This document shows positions 38,192 through 48,362 of a stretch of DNA of 64,000 bases, one piece after another. The notes beneath the pieces are model-generated. The model did no database searches, had not been told where the DNA came from, and saw only the letters and a list, made by a program, of their open reading frames with translations. The stretch lies in assembly GCA_963662795.1 (NCBI GenBank), contig OY759746.1, positions 1,504,001 to 1,568,000 of the forward strand, given 5' to 3'. Position numbers and translations under genes: made by a program. Numbering within the stretch: position 1 is the first letter of the stretch; the number at the start of each line of letters is the position of its first letter. This DNA is from Spirochaetia bacterium (GTDB lineage Bacteria; Spirochaetota; Spirochaetia; CADAEX01).

Positions 38192-38260
38192 TGATAGAAG
38201 TTTTCTATCAGGCTGATAGATTTTTTTCATTGGAAAAATTATACGCCGGGCAGGTATAAT
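38192..38260 (+). promoter_or_regulatory. LysR-type binding site and promoter
   Basis: TGATAGAA-GTT-TTCTATCA palindrome containing T-N11-A, a second half-site TGATAGA downstream, and TATAAT at 38255-38260. Confidence 0.7.
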
Positions 38261-38288
38261 GTCGTATAATCGATGGAGGAGATCAGAA

Positions 38289-38930
38289 ATGCCAGACGTG
38301 TTTGAGAAAAACAAGGCAACTTCAGCAGAAGAAGCTGCGAAAATAATTCCAAGGGCTGAGTTCAGAGTATTCGGTCAGGGTATAATTGATATTGTAAAAA
38401 GTAAAATGTGGAATGGAAAGACAATTCTTTTTCAGGCGAGAAAAATGCCGCTTGAGACATATTTTCTTTCAGGACTTACCAACGAGGCAAATGTCAAGGT
38501 TAGAGACGGTCTTCTTGATATAAAAGTAAAAGTCGGTGAGACTCCGGAAGGTTATGAGATTTTCCAGCCAAGCGGAAAATTCCAGTTCCCCGTAAAAAAA
38601 GCAGATCTTGCAACTATTGTTTCCCATCTGAAAGCTGACATGAAACTTGACAAAGAGACTTACACAATTGATGAATTTATCGAAATGGCGAGGAAACATC
38701 CTGACCTTGCGCCTGTCACTGTTGAGAAAATGCGCTACGGTTTTACAATTGACGGTATTATCTGCGAATATGCCCAGGTCTGGTTTAACGGCGCACTGAT
38801 AGAAACCGCATGCGCTGAGAGTGAGAATTACGCTGGCATGAAAGTTGTAGTAGAAGGGCTGGGCATTTCTGAAATGCCGAATACAAGTTATTTAAGAGCT
38901 GCAAAACGTGTTATTGGAATGGCAAAATAG
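38289..38930 (+). CDS. CYTH-like (triphosphate tunnel) protein
   Basis: RAEFRVF, ETYF, NVKVR, DIKVK, VEKMRYGF, CEY, AESE, TSY pattern; GGAGG RBS. Confidence 0.65.
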   Translation: MPDVFEKNKATSAEEAAKIIPRAEFRVFGQGIIDIVKSKMWNGKTILFQARKMPLETYFLSGLTNEANVKVRDGLLDIKVKVGETPEGYEIFQPSGKFQFPVKKADLATIVSHLKADMKLDKETYTIDEFIEMARKHPDLAPVTVEKMRYGFTIDGIICEYAQVWFNGALIETACAESENYAGMKVVVEGLGISEMPNTSYLRAAKRVIGMAK

Positions 38931-38980
38931 TATTATAATTAAGTAATACTGGAAATATAAAATATTTTTGGAGGAAAATA

Positions 38981-39961
38981 ATGAAAAAATTGTATATTGT
39001 ACTGTTGATATTATTGGTATCAGCAACAATGGTTTTCGCTGGCGGCGGACAGGAAGCAAAAAAAGCTGATACTGCAAAGGCAGCTGCGCCGGCATTTCCT
39101 GAAAAACCGATAAAACTTGTTGTTTATCTTGCGCCGGGCGGAGCCGGAGATATTCTTGCGAGAAAATTCACCGATGTTGCATCAAAGTATACAGATGCGA
39201 CTTTTGTTGTTGAGAACAAACCAGGCGCAGGCGGAATCGTAGCTCTTGAATATATCAGAAGCCTTCCTGCGGACGGTTATAACCTGATGTATGTAACAAA
39301 ATCAATTGTATCCAAAGTAGCGACAACTGAAACAGATATTGATATTACAAAAGAATATGACTGGATAGCGATGCTCCAGGTCGACCCTGAATGTGTAATT
39401 ACCAATGTAAAAAACAAGGCAAATACATGGGAACAGATTTTCGAAGACTCTAAAGCTAAAAACGGAAACCAGCTCTGGCTCGGACCGGCTGCAGGCGGAC
39501 TTGACCATGTAACAGCACAGAAAATATGGGCTTCTGCAGGAATGCAGGCAAAATGGGTTCCTTTTGACAGCGGCGCAAAAGCGATTGCAGCTCTTCTCGG
39601 ACAGCAGGGAGTTGTTTATGTTGGAAACCCGGCAGAAGTTAAGGGAAAACCCGATCTTAAGGTTGCCGCGGTATGCTATTCGGAGAGGCTTCCCGAATTC
39701 AAGGATGTGCCGACATTCAAGGAACTCGGTATTAACGGAGTTGAAAATGAGGTTATGTGGAGAGGTTTTGCCGTAAAAGCCGGAACACCTGATCCTGTAG
39801 TTGCGTGGTATGAAGATCTTTTCGCAAAGGTATCCAACGATGCTGAATGGAAAAAAACATACGAGTCAGACGGTATAGCTGTTGTTAACTGGAAGAAAGA
39901 CAAATTCAACAAGCTTGTTGCTGATGACCTGGCTGAAGGAAAAGCAGCCGCAGCAAAATAA
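38981..39961 (+). CDS. tctC: Tripartite tricarboxylate transporter substrate-binding protein
   Basis: FPEKPIKLVV, PGGAGD, VENKPGAGG, ADGY, VPTFKELG. Confidence 0.93.
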   Translation: MKKLYIVLLILLVSATMVFAGGGQEAKKADTAKAAAPAFPEKPIKLVVYLAPGGAGDILARKFTDVASKYTDATFVVENKPGAGGIVALEYIRSLPADGYNLMYVTKSIVSKVATTETDIDITKEYDWIAMLQVDPECVITNVKNKANTWEQIFEDSKAKNGNQLWLGPAAGGLDHVTAQKIWASAGMQAKWVPFDSGAKAIAALLGQQGVVYVGNPAEVKGKPDLKVAAVCYSERLPEFKDVPTFKELGINGVENEVMWRGFAVKAGTPDPVVAWYEDLFAKVSNDAEWKKTYESDGIAVVNWKKDKFNKLVADDLAEGKAAAAK

Positions 39962-40000
39962 TATTTCAGTTGATAAAGTAACTAAATAATTCTATCAAAC

Positions 40001-40031
40001 AGAGGAGGAGGGCATATTGTCTTCTTCCTCT
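40001..40031 (+). other. Stem-loop after tctC
   Basis: AGAGGAGGAGGGCA-TAT-TGTCTTCTTCCTCT with GU pairs. Confidence 0.55.
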
Positions 40032-40059
40032 TTAAAATTACAATTCTTGCAGGCAAAAA

Positions 40060-40623
40060 ATGGAAACTTTTAAATATTTCGGAAAAGGGACAGGTCTTTA
40101 CATGATGGTATCGGTTTTAATCCTGCTGTTTGCTGTCATCGCATTTGTCATTTCAAGATCATCAAAAAAGGAATACTTCTGGAGACTTATTATTCCTGTT
40201 TTTTTAATTGAAGCATCTCTCGGCTTCCTCATGGTATCACTGGGCCTCCCTGTGAAAGGGGATGAGGTAGGCCCTTCGGTAGTTCCCAACCTCTGGATTA
40301 CCGGTATAATATTATTAAGTATTTTAATCATTATCAGGACACTGTTTGGTTTAGAAGATAAAGACCCCAAATGGGGAAGAATTGGAATAGCGGGAATTTT
40401 TCTTGCGTTTACCATCTTTTACCTATACATGATAATTTATATCGGTTATTACATTGCTACATTTCTCTACTTATCAATCAGTATTTACTCACTTTCATAC
40501 AGAAACCTCAAAGTTATTGCCGGTCTTACATTCGGCTGGATTCTGGTTTCATATTTTGGCTTTTACCGGCTTCTCTATGTTCCTCTTCCCAAGGGAATGC
40601 TGATAGAACGGATATTCGGATAA
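40060..40623 (+). CDS. tctB: Tripartite tricarboxylate transporter small subunit
   Basis: VGPSVVP, IGYYIAT, LYVPLPKG. Confidence 0.9.
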   Translation: METFKYFGKGTGLYMMVSVLILLFAVIAFVISRSSKKEYFWRLIIPVFLIEASLGFLMVSLGLPVKGDEVGPSVVPNLWITGIILLSILIIIRTLFGLEDKDPKWGRIGIAGIFLAFTIFYLYMIIYIGYYIATFLYLSISIYSLSYRNLKVIAGLTFGWILVSYFGFYRLLYVPLPKGMLIERIFG

Positions 40624-40636
40624 GGAGTACACTTTT

Positions 40637-42139
40637 ATGGATTTATTAATTAATCTCTACAATGGTTTCGGATATCTTGCAGGATGGGAACCTGTTGTGG
40701 CCATGATCGTCGGCGTTATTCTGGGAATTCTTGTAGGCGCCATGCCGGGGCTTTCCCCTTCAATGGGTGTTGCCCTTCTTGTTCCCTTTACCTACAAAAT
40801 GGCGCCCCAGATTGCGCTGATCCTGCTTGTTTCAATATATATTGCATCGAATTACGGCGGTTCAATTACAGCTGTTACAATAAATACCCCCGGTACGCCA
40901 TCTGCAGTTGTTACGGCATTTGACGGATATCCTCTTACGCTTCAGGGAAAAGCAGGCGTCGGGCTTGGAGTTTCTCTTGTTGCTTCAACAATCGGCGGAA
41001 TTATAGGAACAATCATTCTGATTTTCTTTTCCGTTCCGCTTGCCTCCCTTGCGGTAAAGCTTCATCCTGCTGAGTATTTCGCTCTTGCAATATTCGGGCT
41101 TACAACTGTCGCCTCCCTTGGCGGTAAAAACTGGCCCAAGGCATTTATCGCTGCTTTACTGGGGCTTCTGATAAATACAATCGGACTTGATCCCATATCA
41201 GGCGTAAAAAGGTTTACTTTCGGCACATACCGGCTTTTTGACGGGTTTGCCCTTATTCCCGCCCTTATCGGACTTTTTGCGTTAAGTGAAGTTTTTATGA
41301 GGCTTGAAGAGTTCAAGCTGGATAAGGAAAAGATGGACACAGATATTAAAAAAACTGTGTGGCCGTCAATTCTTGATTACTGGAAGCTGAAGTATACAAT
41401 CCTTAAAACTTCAATAATAGGTACGCTGATTGGAATCTTCCCCGGAGCTGGCGCTACAATTGCTACCTTTATCGCATACGATTTTACAAAGAGGGGGAGC
41501 AAGGATCCTGACAGTTTTGGAAAAGGCAATCCCGAAGGTGTTGCTGCAGCTGAGGCGTCAAATTCGAGCTCAGTCGGCGGCGCGCTTGTTCCTCTCCTTG
41601 CGCTTGGTATTCCAGGAAGCGCTACAACCGCGGTCCTTGTCGGCGCGCTTATGATTCACGACCTTAATCCCGGCCCTCTCCTTTTTACGGAACGGCCTGA
41701 CATTGTATATTCCCTTTTCGCCTCCTGTCTTGTCGCAAACGGCATTATGCTTGTTCTCGGTCTTATGGGTTCGAGACTCTGGATAAAGGTTACAGACATC
41801 CCGAAGAAAGTTCTTTTCCCAAGTATACTTGCTATTTCCATAATCGGAAGCTTTGCGGTCAATTACTCATTCTTTGATGTATCTGTATGCATAGCATTCG
41901 GAGTTGCAGGATGGCTGCTTAAAAAATATGATTATCCGGTCGCGCCGATAGTTCTGGGTATGGTACTTGGAAATCTTGCTGAAACAAATTTCAGAAGAGC
42001 GGTAATTATGGGAGGATATCCCGTATTCTTTGTAAGACCTGTCAGCGTTATACTCCTGCTTGTCTCTGCCTTATCACTGGCATATCCTTTTTATCAGAGC
42101 TACAGAAATAAGAAAAAATCTACAGCTGCCGGCAAATAA
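40637..42139 (+). CDS. tctA: Tripartite tricarboxylate transporter permease
   Basis: GAMPGLS, NTPGTPS, DGYP, LGIPGS, GPLLF. Confidence 0.96.
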   Translation: MDLLINLYNGFGYLAGWEPVVAMIVGVILGILVGAMPGLSPSMGVALLVPFTYKMAPQIALILLVSIYIASNYGGSITAVTINTPGTPSAVVTAFDGYPLTLQGKAGVGLGVSLVASTIGGIIGTIILIFFSVPLASLAVKLHPAEYFALAIFGLTTVASLGGKNWPKAFIAALLGLLINTIGLDPISGVKRFTFGTYRLFDGFALIPALIGLFALSEVFMRLEEFKLDKEKMDTDIKKTVWPSILDYWKLKYTILKTSIIGTLIGIFPGAGATIATFIAYDFTKRGSKDPDSFGKGNPEGVAAAEASNSSSVGGALVPLLALGIPGSATTAVLVGALMIHDLNPGPLLFTERPDIVYSLFASCLVANGIMLVLGLMGSRLWIKVTDIPKKVLFPSILAISIIGSFAVNYSFFDVSVCIAFGVAGWLLKKYDYPVAPIVLGMVLGNLAETNFRRAVIMGGYPVFFVRPVSVILLLVSALSLAYPFYQSYRNKKKSTAAGK

Positions 42140-42168
42140 TCGGTTATAGTATTTAAACAATTTTCCAT

Positions 42169-42201
42169 GCCGTCCTGCAGTCACTGCGGGGCGGTTTTTT
42201 T
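42169..42201 (+). terminator. Intrinsic terminator after tctA
   Basis: GCCGTCCTGCAG-TCA-CTGCGGGGCGGT stem followed by a T-run. Confidence 0.85.
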
Positions 42202-42207
42202 ATTTTT

Positions 42208-42906
42208 ATGGAACTCTCCATGTGCAGGGTCTATAATAATTTTATTATGAAAATCAGTATGAAAAAAGTTATTATACCGCTTTGTACGGCAGGTTTAGTT
42301 CTGTCAGCTTATTCCGCATGGCAGCTGTTTTCTTCTTCCGGTTTTGTATTCAGGCTTGTCATAAGATCCGGGTTTTTCGCATTGAAAATATGCGCGGGTC
42401 TTATAAAACTGCTTTTTATTAAATCACTACCCGTAATCTGGTTCCCTGTTCTTGCATATTTTGTTCTCTCCTGGTTTGTAAGGGACAGTCTGAAAAAGAA
42501 AATATTTCTTTTCGTGATTGTTTCTGTAGAGGCCGCTATACTTGTAAATATTATTCTCCCTTCGCTGACCTCTGTAATGTTTGCCCTTACCCGCTTCCCT
42601 TTTGTCTTCTGCATGACCCTTCAGTTTTACATGTTTCTTCTTTTTCTGCTTCCCAATGAACTCTGGAATTTCCTGGGAGGACTTGTCCTTTTCCTGAAAG
42701 GCTCAGCCGTTATCCTTCTTCCTGATTTTCCGACCTTTATTGATGACATCGGAATACTTTTTGCCATCTTCTTTTTTCTGTTTTTGTATATAAATACTCT
42801 CTCAGCACTTGTGAAAAGAATTGGAAACAGGGAATCCATGGAGACGGCGGAAAAAGTTTTTAAAAACCTGATTTTACGGTTAAGCAAAAAAAATGAAACA
42901 ACCTGA
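42208..42906 (+). CDS. Hypothetical membrane protein
   Basis: Several hydrophobic segments; start codon uncertain. Confidence 0.65.
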   Translation: MELSMCRVYNNFIMKISMKKVIIPLCTAGLVLSAYSAWQLFSSSGFVFRLVIRSGFFALKICAGLIKLLFIKSLPVIWFPVLAYFVLSWFVRDSLKKKIFLFVIVSVEAAILVNIILPSLTSVMFALTRFPFVFCMTLQFYMFLLFLLPNELWNFLGGLVLFLKGSAVILLPDFPTFIDDIGILFAIFFFLFLYINTLSALVKRIGNRESMETAEKVFKNLILRLSKKNETT

Positions 42907-42969
42907 TTGGCTGTATACTGTTTAAAATGATACAGGATAGGACTTATAAGATTTAATAATTATCTTAAT

Positions 42970-43749
42970 TCAGTTTGCTATAATCAGCTTAATATTAAGA
43001 TCCTCTATCGTTTCCCTGTATTCCTGCGATATCTTATTATCAGTTATAATTGTGTCAATATTTGAAAGATCTCCAAAATGCGAAGGACTTACCATTCCGA
43101 ATTTGCTCGAATCTGCCACAACAATGACCTGCTTGCTGGACCGCATTAAAATATTTTTTATTGTTACGTGAAAGTTATGGTAGCAGGTCAATCCCAGTTT
43201 TTTTTCAATACCTGCAGCCGAAATAAAAACTTTATCTGTTCGTATTTTACTTAGAAATGAAATTCCCTCTTCCGAATAGAAAACATCTGAATCACGGTCA
43301 AGATAACCGCCTGGGAGGATTATATTGGCATTTTTCTTGTTATAAAGTTCGCATGCGCATTCAAAGGTAACACAAATGGCGCTAATTCTTTTATCCCCGG
43401 GAATATATTTTGCAATTAATGGTACTGTTGTGCCAATATCAAATCCTATCGTTTCATTTTCATTAATCATGGAAGCTGCGCAATAGCCGATGGCGCTTTT
43501 TAAATTTACATTTTTAGACATTTCATTACCGATCAGGTATTTATTGCTTTCAGTAATATTAAATGATGATATTGGTATAGCTCCGCCATGAATTCTCTTA
43601 ATCAGGCCATTATCTTCAAGATTATCCAGATATCTCCTTACAGTCATTTCGGACGTCAGAAGTTTGTCAGAGAGTGTTTTAACGCTAACTTCACCTTCTC
43701 TCTGGAGCATTTCAACAATCTGTTTCATACGTTTATCTTTTTTTGACAT
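42970..43749 (-). CDS. DeoR/GlpR family regulator
   Basis: SEMTVRRYL, RIHGGA, DIGTT, ADSSKFG. Confidence 0.95.
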   Translation of the reverse strand: MSKKDKRMKQIVEMLQREGEVSVKTLSDKLLTSEMTVRRYLDNLEDNGLIKRIHGGAIPISSFNITESNKYLIGNEMSKNVNLKSAIGYCAASMINENETIGFDIGTTVPLIAKYIPGDKRISAICVTFECACELYNKKNANIILPGGYLDRDSDVFYSEEGISFLSKIRTDKVFISAAGIEKKLGLTCYHNFHVTIKNILMRSSKQVIVVADSSKFGMVSPSHFGDLSNIDTIITDNKISQEYRETIEDLNIKLIIAN

Positions 43750-44194
43750 TTAATCTCTCATTACTCAATTTTATTTATTATAAAGAGTAAAGTACCATTT
43801 TGCAATACAAATTGCATTAATTACAATTATTAGTGAGATAAATAACAATAAAACAATCATAAAAACAATAATAATCTGTTATAATCAGGAAAGTAATGAC
43901 AAAAAACATACTTTACCAATGCTGTATTGATAAGGACAATTAGTTAAAAACACATAATAAAGTTTATATATGTCTGTAAGTAATCTAAAAAAACAATATA
44001 AAAGCTTTAATGTGAGTATTACCCTTTAAAAAACTATTAAAATGAATTGACATGAACAAATAAACAGTATAAAGTGTTTTTGGTGTTTGCAAAAAGAACA
44101 CAATGACATGATAATGTTCTTTTTATGATGTTTCAAGCTTGTTGAATGGTTTGTGCTGCTGAAAAATAATGAATACAAGTAATTAGAGGTTAAA

Positions 44195-45682
44195 ATGAGA
44201 GAAATTACATGCGATAAAGAAAAAAATCGATATAGAATGTATATAAATGGTAACTGGCGTGAAAATCGTGATAATAAAGTCATTGAAGTAATCAATCCTT
44301 CAAATCTTGAAGTTATAGGAATAGTTGAGGAATCTGACGATGCTGATGTAAATGAAGCAGTTGAGAGTGCGGATGCTGCCTTTAAAAAATGGTCAAGAAC
44401 TTCACCCGAGGCAAGATCTGAATTGTTATTTAAGGCCTCCGGAATTATCAGGGATCGCGCGGATATACTAGCCTACCTTATGACACTGGAACAGGGAAAG
44501 CCTCTTGCTGAAGCAAGGGGAGAGGTTCTCAAGGGAGCTGAAATCCTTCATTTTTACGGGGAAGAAGCAAAACGTATCCATGGAGAAGTTATTCCCGGGT
44601 TTGATCCGGCAACAACCAGTTTTACAGTATATGAACCGGTTGGGGCCGCGGCTGCGATTTCTCCATGGAATTATCCAATTGAGCTGATTGCGTGGAAAAT
44701 CGGCGCGGCATTAGGCAGCGGTTGTACAATAGTTATAAAACCGCCCTCGGAGACTCCGCTGTCTCCCGCGGGATTTGTTGAATGTATTGCAGATGCCGGT
44801 GCACTGCCTGGAATAATTAATCTTATTTTTGGCCGGGGCAGCCGGATTGGCCCAAAGCTTATTAATAACCCGAAAATCAGAAAGGTCGCATTTACAGGTT
44901 CTACCAGGGCCGGAATTGAAGTCGCATCTTTATGCGGAAATGTCATGAAAAAGGTTTCTCTTGAGCTTGGAGGTCAGTGTCCGCTTATCGTGACAAAGAA
45001 TGCCAATCTTGATGAAGCGGCTAAAGCGGCGGCCAGGAGGAGTTTTAGAAATAATGGACAGATATGTATTGCGATAAACAGAATTTATGTTGAGAGGCCG
45101 GTTTATGACCAGTTTATTGAAAAATTTGTTAAATTGACCTCAAAACTTGTTATTGGCGACGGTATTCAAAATCCAAAGGCAGATATGGGCCCTATGGCTA
45201 CAATTGCAGGACTTAATAAAACAAAAGAACATATAAATGACGCATTATCAAAAGGAGCGAAACTTTGCTGGGGCGGGAAAAAACCCGAAGGCAAAGAATT
45301 TGAAAAAGGATTTTTCTATATGCCTACAATTCTGGCTGACGCAAACCATAATATGAGAATAATGCAGGAAGAAACATTCGGCCCCGCGGTAGGGGTCATG
45401 CCTTACGATAGCACAGATGAAGCAGTAAATCTGGCTAATGGAACAAATTATGGACTTGCTGCCTATGTGTTTACTGATAATATCAATGAGGCTGATAAAT
45501 TTGCCAGAGAACTTGAAATGGGGAATGTGGCTATAAATAATCCGGATGCCGGTGTTATAAACGCTCCATACGGCGGATTCAAGGCAAGCGGCACAGGGTA
45601 TGAACATGCCAAAGCCGGTATGATGGAATACCTTCATACAAAACATATACGGATAAAATATTCCATGCGCGGAAATAATTAG
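44195..45682 (+). CDS. NAD(P)-dependent aldehyde dehydrogenase
   Basis: PWNYP, FTGS, LELGG, GQIC, EETFGP. Confidence 0.95.
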   Translation: MREITCDKEKNRYRMYINGNWRENRDNKVIEVINPSNLEVIGIVEESDDADVNEAVESADAAFKKWSRTSPEARSELLFKASGIIRDRADILAYLMTLEQGKPLAEARGEVLKGAEILHFYGEEAKRIHGEVIPGFDPATTSFTVYEPVGAAAAISPWNYPIELIAWKIGAALGSGCTIVIKPPSETPLSPAGFVECIADAGALPGIINLIFGRGSRIGPKLINNPKIRKVAFTGSTRAGIEVASLCGNVMKKVSLELGGQCPLIVTKNANLDEAAKAAARRSFRNNGQICIAINRIYVERPVYDQFIEKFVKLTSKLVIGDGIQNPKADMGPMATIAGLNKTKEHINDALSKGAKLCWGGKKPEGKEFEKGFFYMPTILADANHNMRIMQEETFGPAVGVMPYDSTDEAVNLANGTNYGLAAYVFTDNINEADKFARELEMGNVAINNPDAGVINAPYGGFKASGTGYEHAKAGMMEYLHTKHIRIKYSMRGNN

Positions 45683-45690
45683 AAAAGGAG

Positions 45691-47244
45691 TTGTCTATGG
45701 CTGAAAATCCTCTGCTTTTAGGAATTGATATTGGAACAAGCGGGTGCAAAACAATATTAATTGATGCTTCAGGAAATGTTATTGAAAAGGCTATAGAAAA
45801 TTATCCGCTTTATATCGAAAGACACGGTTGGTCTGAGCAGGACCCGGAAGACTGGTGGAAGGCAGTATTGCTGTCAATGAAAAAAGTTCTCGGAGCTTCC
45901 TCTGATTATGCAAAAAGAGTTAAGGGGATAGGTCTTACCGGCCAGATGCATGGTCTTGTTATACTAGGTAAAAAGGGAAATATACTCAGGCGAAGTATTT
46001 TGTGGAATGATCAAAGAACTGCCGAACAGTGCGAAGAAGTTTACAAAAAGGTTGGTGGATTGGATAATCTTCTTCAAATAACGAATAATCCAATGCTGCC
46101 GGGTTATACCGGGGGCAAAATTCTCTGGATCAAAAAATATGAACAGGAAATATATAATCAAATATCCGGTTTTTTAAATCCGAAGGATTATATCAGATTC
46201 AAGCTTACCGGAGTCCTGGCCACCGATGTTTCTGATGCTTCGGGTACAGGGCTTTTCAATGTAGGAAAAAGGAAATGGGCAACAGAACTTTTTTCTGCGC
46301 TTGATATTCCTTTTCAGTTTGCTCCCGAGGTTTTTGAATCTATGGAAATAACAGGGTACGCGAGTAAAAACATCTGTTCTGAATTTGGTATTCCTTTTGA
46401 TACTCCGGTAACCGCCGGCGGCGGGGATGCCGTAATTCAGACATTGGGTTCAGGCGTTATATCTGATAAGGATCTTATGACAACTATAGGAACTGCGGGA
46501 ATAATTTCAACAGCACTTGAAAAATGCCAGAATAATCCCGGAGGGAGACTTCAGATATTCTGTAATGTAATTCCTGATACCTGGCATTTAATGGGTGTTA
46601 CACTATCGGCAGGTTCTTCATTACGCTGGTTCCGTGACAGATTCTGTCAGCCTGAAAAATTTGTGGCAGAAATACTTGGAAAAGATGATTATGAAATATT
46701 GACTGAAGAGGCCTCCAATGCAGCAGCCGGATCCGGCGGATTAATTTTTCTTCCTTATCTCGGGGGAGAGCGCTGTCCGTATACGGATCCGAACCTCAAG
46801 GCTGCATTTACAGGAATAAGTTATAATACAACCAGGGCAGAGTTAATAAGAAGTGTAATGGAGGGTGTTATCTTCAGTTTGTGGGATGTTCACTCGCTTA
46901 TTAAGAAAATGGATATGGAGTTTGATCAAATAAGCACATCCGGCGGAGGATCACAATCTAAATTATGGAGACAGATACACGCGGATGTTTTTCAGAAAAA
47001 AGTGATTACAGTTAATGGAAGCCGTGAAGGGGCAGCCTATGGCGCAGCAATGGTAGCCGCAGTTGGAACAGGTGTCTGGAATTCCTTTAAACAGGGTGTT
47101 GATATGATGAAAATTGAAAATGAAGCAAAACCTGATAAAAAAATGAAAAACTTGTATCAGCACCTTTTCGGAATTTATAACAGTTTGTATGGCAGACTAA
47201 AACCAGAGTTTGATAGTTTGGCTGAATTTGAAAAATTATACTAA
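45691..47244 (+). CDS. xylB: FGGY pentulose kinase (xylulokinase-like)
   Basis: GIDIGTS, TGQMHG, WNDQR, SDASGT, PYLGGER. Confidence 0.85.
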   Translation: MSMAENPLLLGIDIGTSGCKTILIDASGNVIEKAIENYPLYIERHGWSEQDPEDWWKAVLLSMKKVLGASSDYAKRVKGIGLTGQMHGLVILGKKGNILRRSILWNDQRTAEQCEEVYKKVGGLDNLLQITNNPMLPGYTGGKILWIKKYEQEIYNQISGFLNPKDYIRFKLTGVLATDVSDASGTGLFNVGKRKWATELFSALDIPFQFAPEVFESMEITGYASKNICSEFGIPFDTPVTAGGGDAVIQTLGSGVISDKDLMTTIGTAGIISTALEKCQNNPGGRLQIFCNVIPDTWHLMGVTLSAGSSLRWFRDRFCQPEKFVAEILGKDDYEILTEEASNAAAGSGGLIFLPYLGGERCPYTDPNLKAAFTGISYNTTRAELIRSVMEGVIFSLWDVHSLIKKMDMEFDQISTSGGGSQSKLWRQIHADVFQKKVITVNGSREGAAYGAAMVAAVGTGVWNSFKQGVDMMKIENEAKPDKKMKNLYQHLFGIYNSLYGRLKPEFDSLAEFEKLY

Positions 47245-47268
47245 ATATATTTATATCAGGAGGATGCT

Positions 47269-47976
47269 TTGACTCAACAACAAATGAAAGTTCTGGTCGC
47301 CAGGACAGTCGTCGATCAATATGTACGCAGCGGTATGAAGCTTGGACTTGGAAGCGGAACAACTTCGGAATATGCTGTACGCTATATTGGACAGCTTTTA
47401 AATGAAAAAAAACTTTCAAATATTATTGGTGTTACAACAAGTACACAGACTGAATTTGTCTGTCATGAATTAGGTATTCCAATAACAACTTTAAATGATC
47501 CGTTAATAGATGGCCGGCTTGATGTAGCCATTGATGGTCCGGATGAAGTAGACAGAAGGCTTAATCTGACCAAAGGCGGCGGCGGGTGTTTGACTCAGGA
47601 AAAAATCGTTGACTATGCAGCTGATGAATTTATAATAATTGCGGATGAAACAAAGCTTGTAGATGAACTGGGGATACTATTCCCAATCCCGATAGAGGTA
47701 ATGCCGTTAGCACGGGTACCTGTTATGCATGCCCTCGAAAAAATGTCTGCAACAGTAGAAATCAGGATGGCATTGAAAAAAATGGGAGCGGTTATTACTG
47801 ATAATGGAAATATTATACTTGATATTAAATTTTCTTCTCCGTTTGATCCTGTAGAATACGAAAAAATATTTAACACAATTCCAGGCGTTATTGAAAACGG
47901 GCTCTTCGCGTTAAAAAAATCCAAAGTATTTATTGGCTATAAGAATGGAGAAGTTAAAGAGTATAACGGAAGATAA
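47269..47976 (+). CDS. rpiA: Ribose-5-phosphate isomerase A
   Basis: GLGSGTT, DGPDE, KGGGG, TDNGN; TTG start after AGGAGG. Confidence 0.93.
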   Translation: MTQQQMKVLVARTVVDQYVRSGMKLGLGSGTTSEYAVRYIGQLLNEKKLSNIIGVTTSTQTEFVCHELGIPITTLNDPLIDGRLDVAIDGPDEVDRRLNLTKGGGGCLTQEKIVDYAADEFIIIADETKLVDELGILFPIPIEVMPLARVPVMHALEKMSATVEIRMALKKMGAVITDNGNIILDIKFSSPFDPVEYEKIFNTIPGVIENGLFALKKSKVFIGYKNGEVKEYNGR

Positions 47977-48362
47977 TCAGGATATTGCTCTAATATAAAC
48001 AATTAAAAAGCATAATAAATAGCATAAAATTAATATAAAACATGTAAATAGCACAATAAATAAATTTTAATGGATAGATACATTTTTAAAAATGTGCAAG
48101 TAAACATATAAACTTCTATAAAGGCTGTTATAATGATTATAAGAACTTTATAAACAGCATTATGGTGTTTATTATGATGCAAAATGTATAATTTGTTCGT
48201 ATATATTAACATATAAAGCTTGACATCTGAAACAGCAGTGTTATACTTCTTTTATCTTTATTATCATGTTCATCGTTTTTCTGAATAATCTATTTTTATT
48301 TATCTGCGATAGATATAAGCAGAAAAAATGAATTGTTTAAAAAATAACAGGAGGATTTATTA

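Noticed and set aside
43750-48362. DeoR operators in the two long AT-rich intergenic regions
   Set aside because: TGTT/AACA half-sites are present but I could not define a consistent motif
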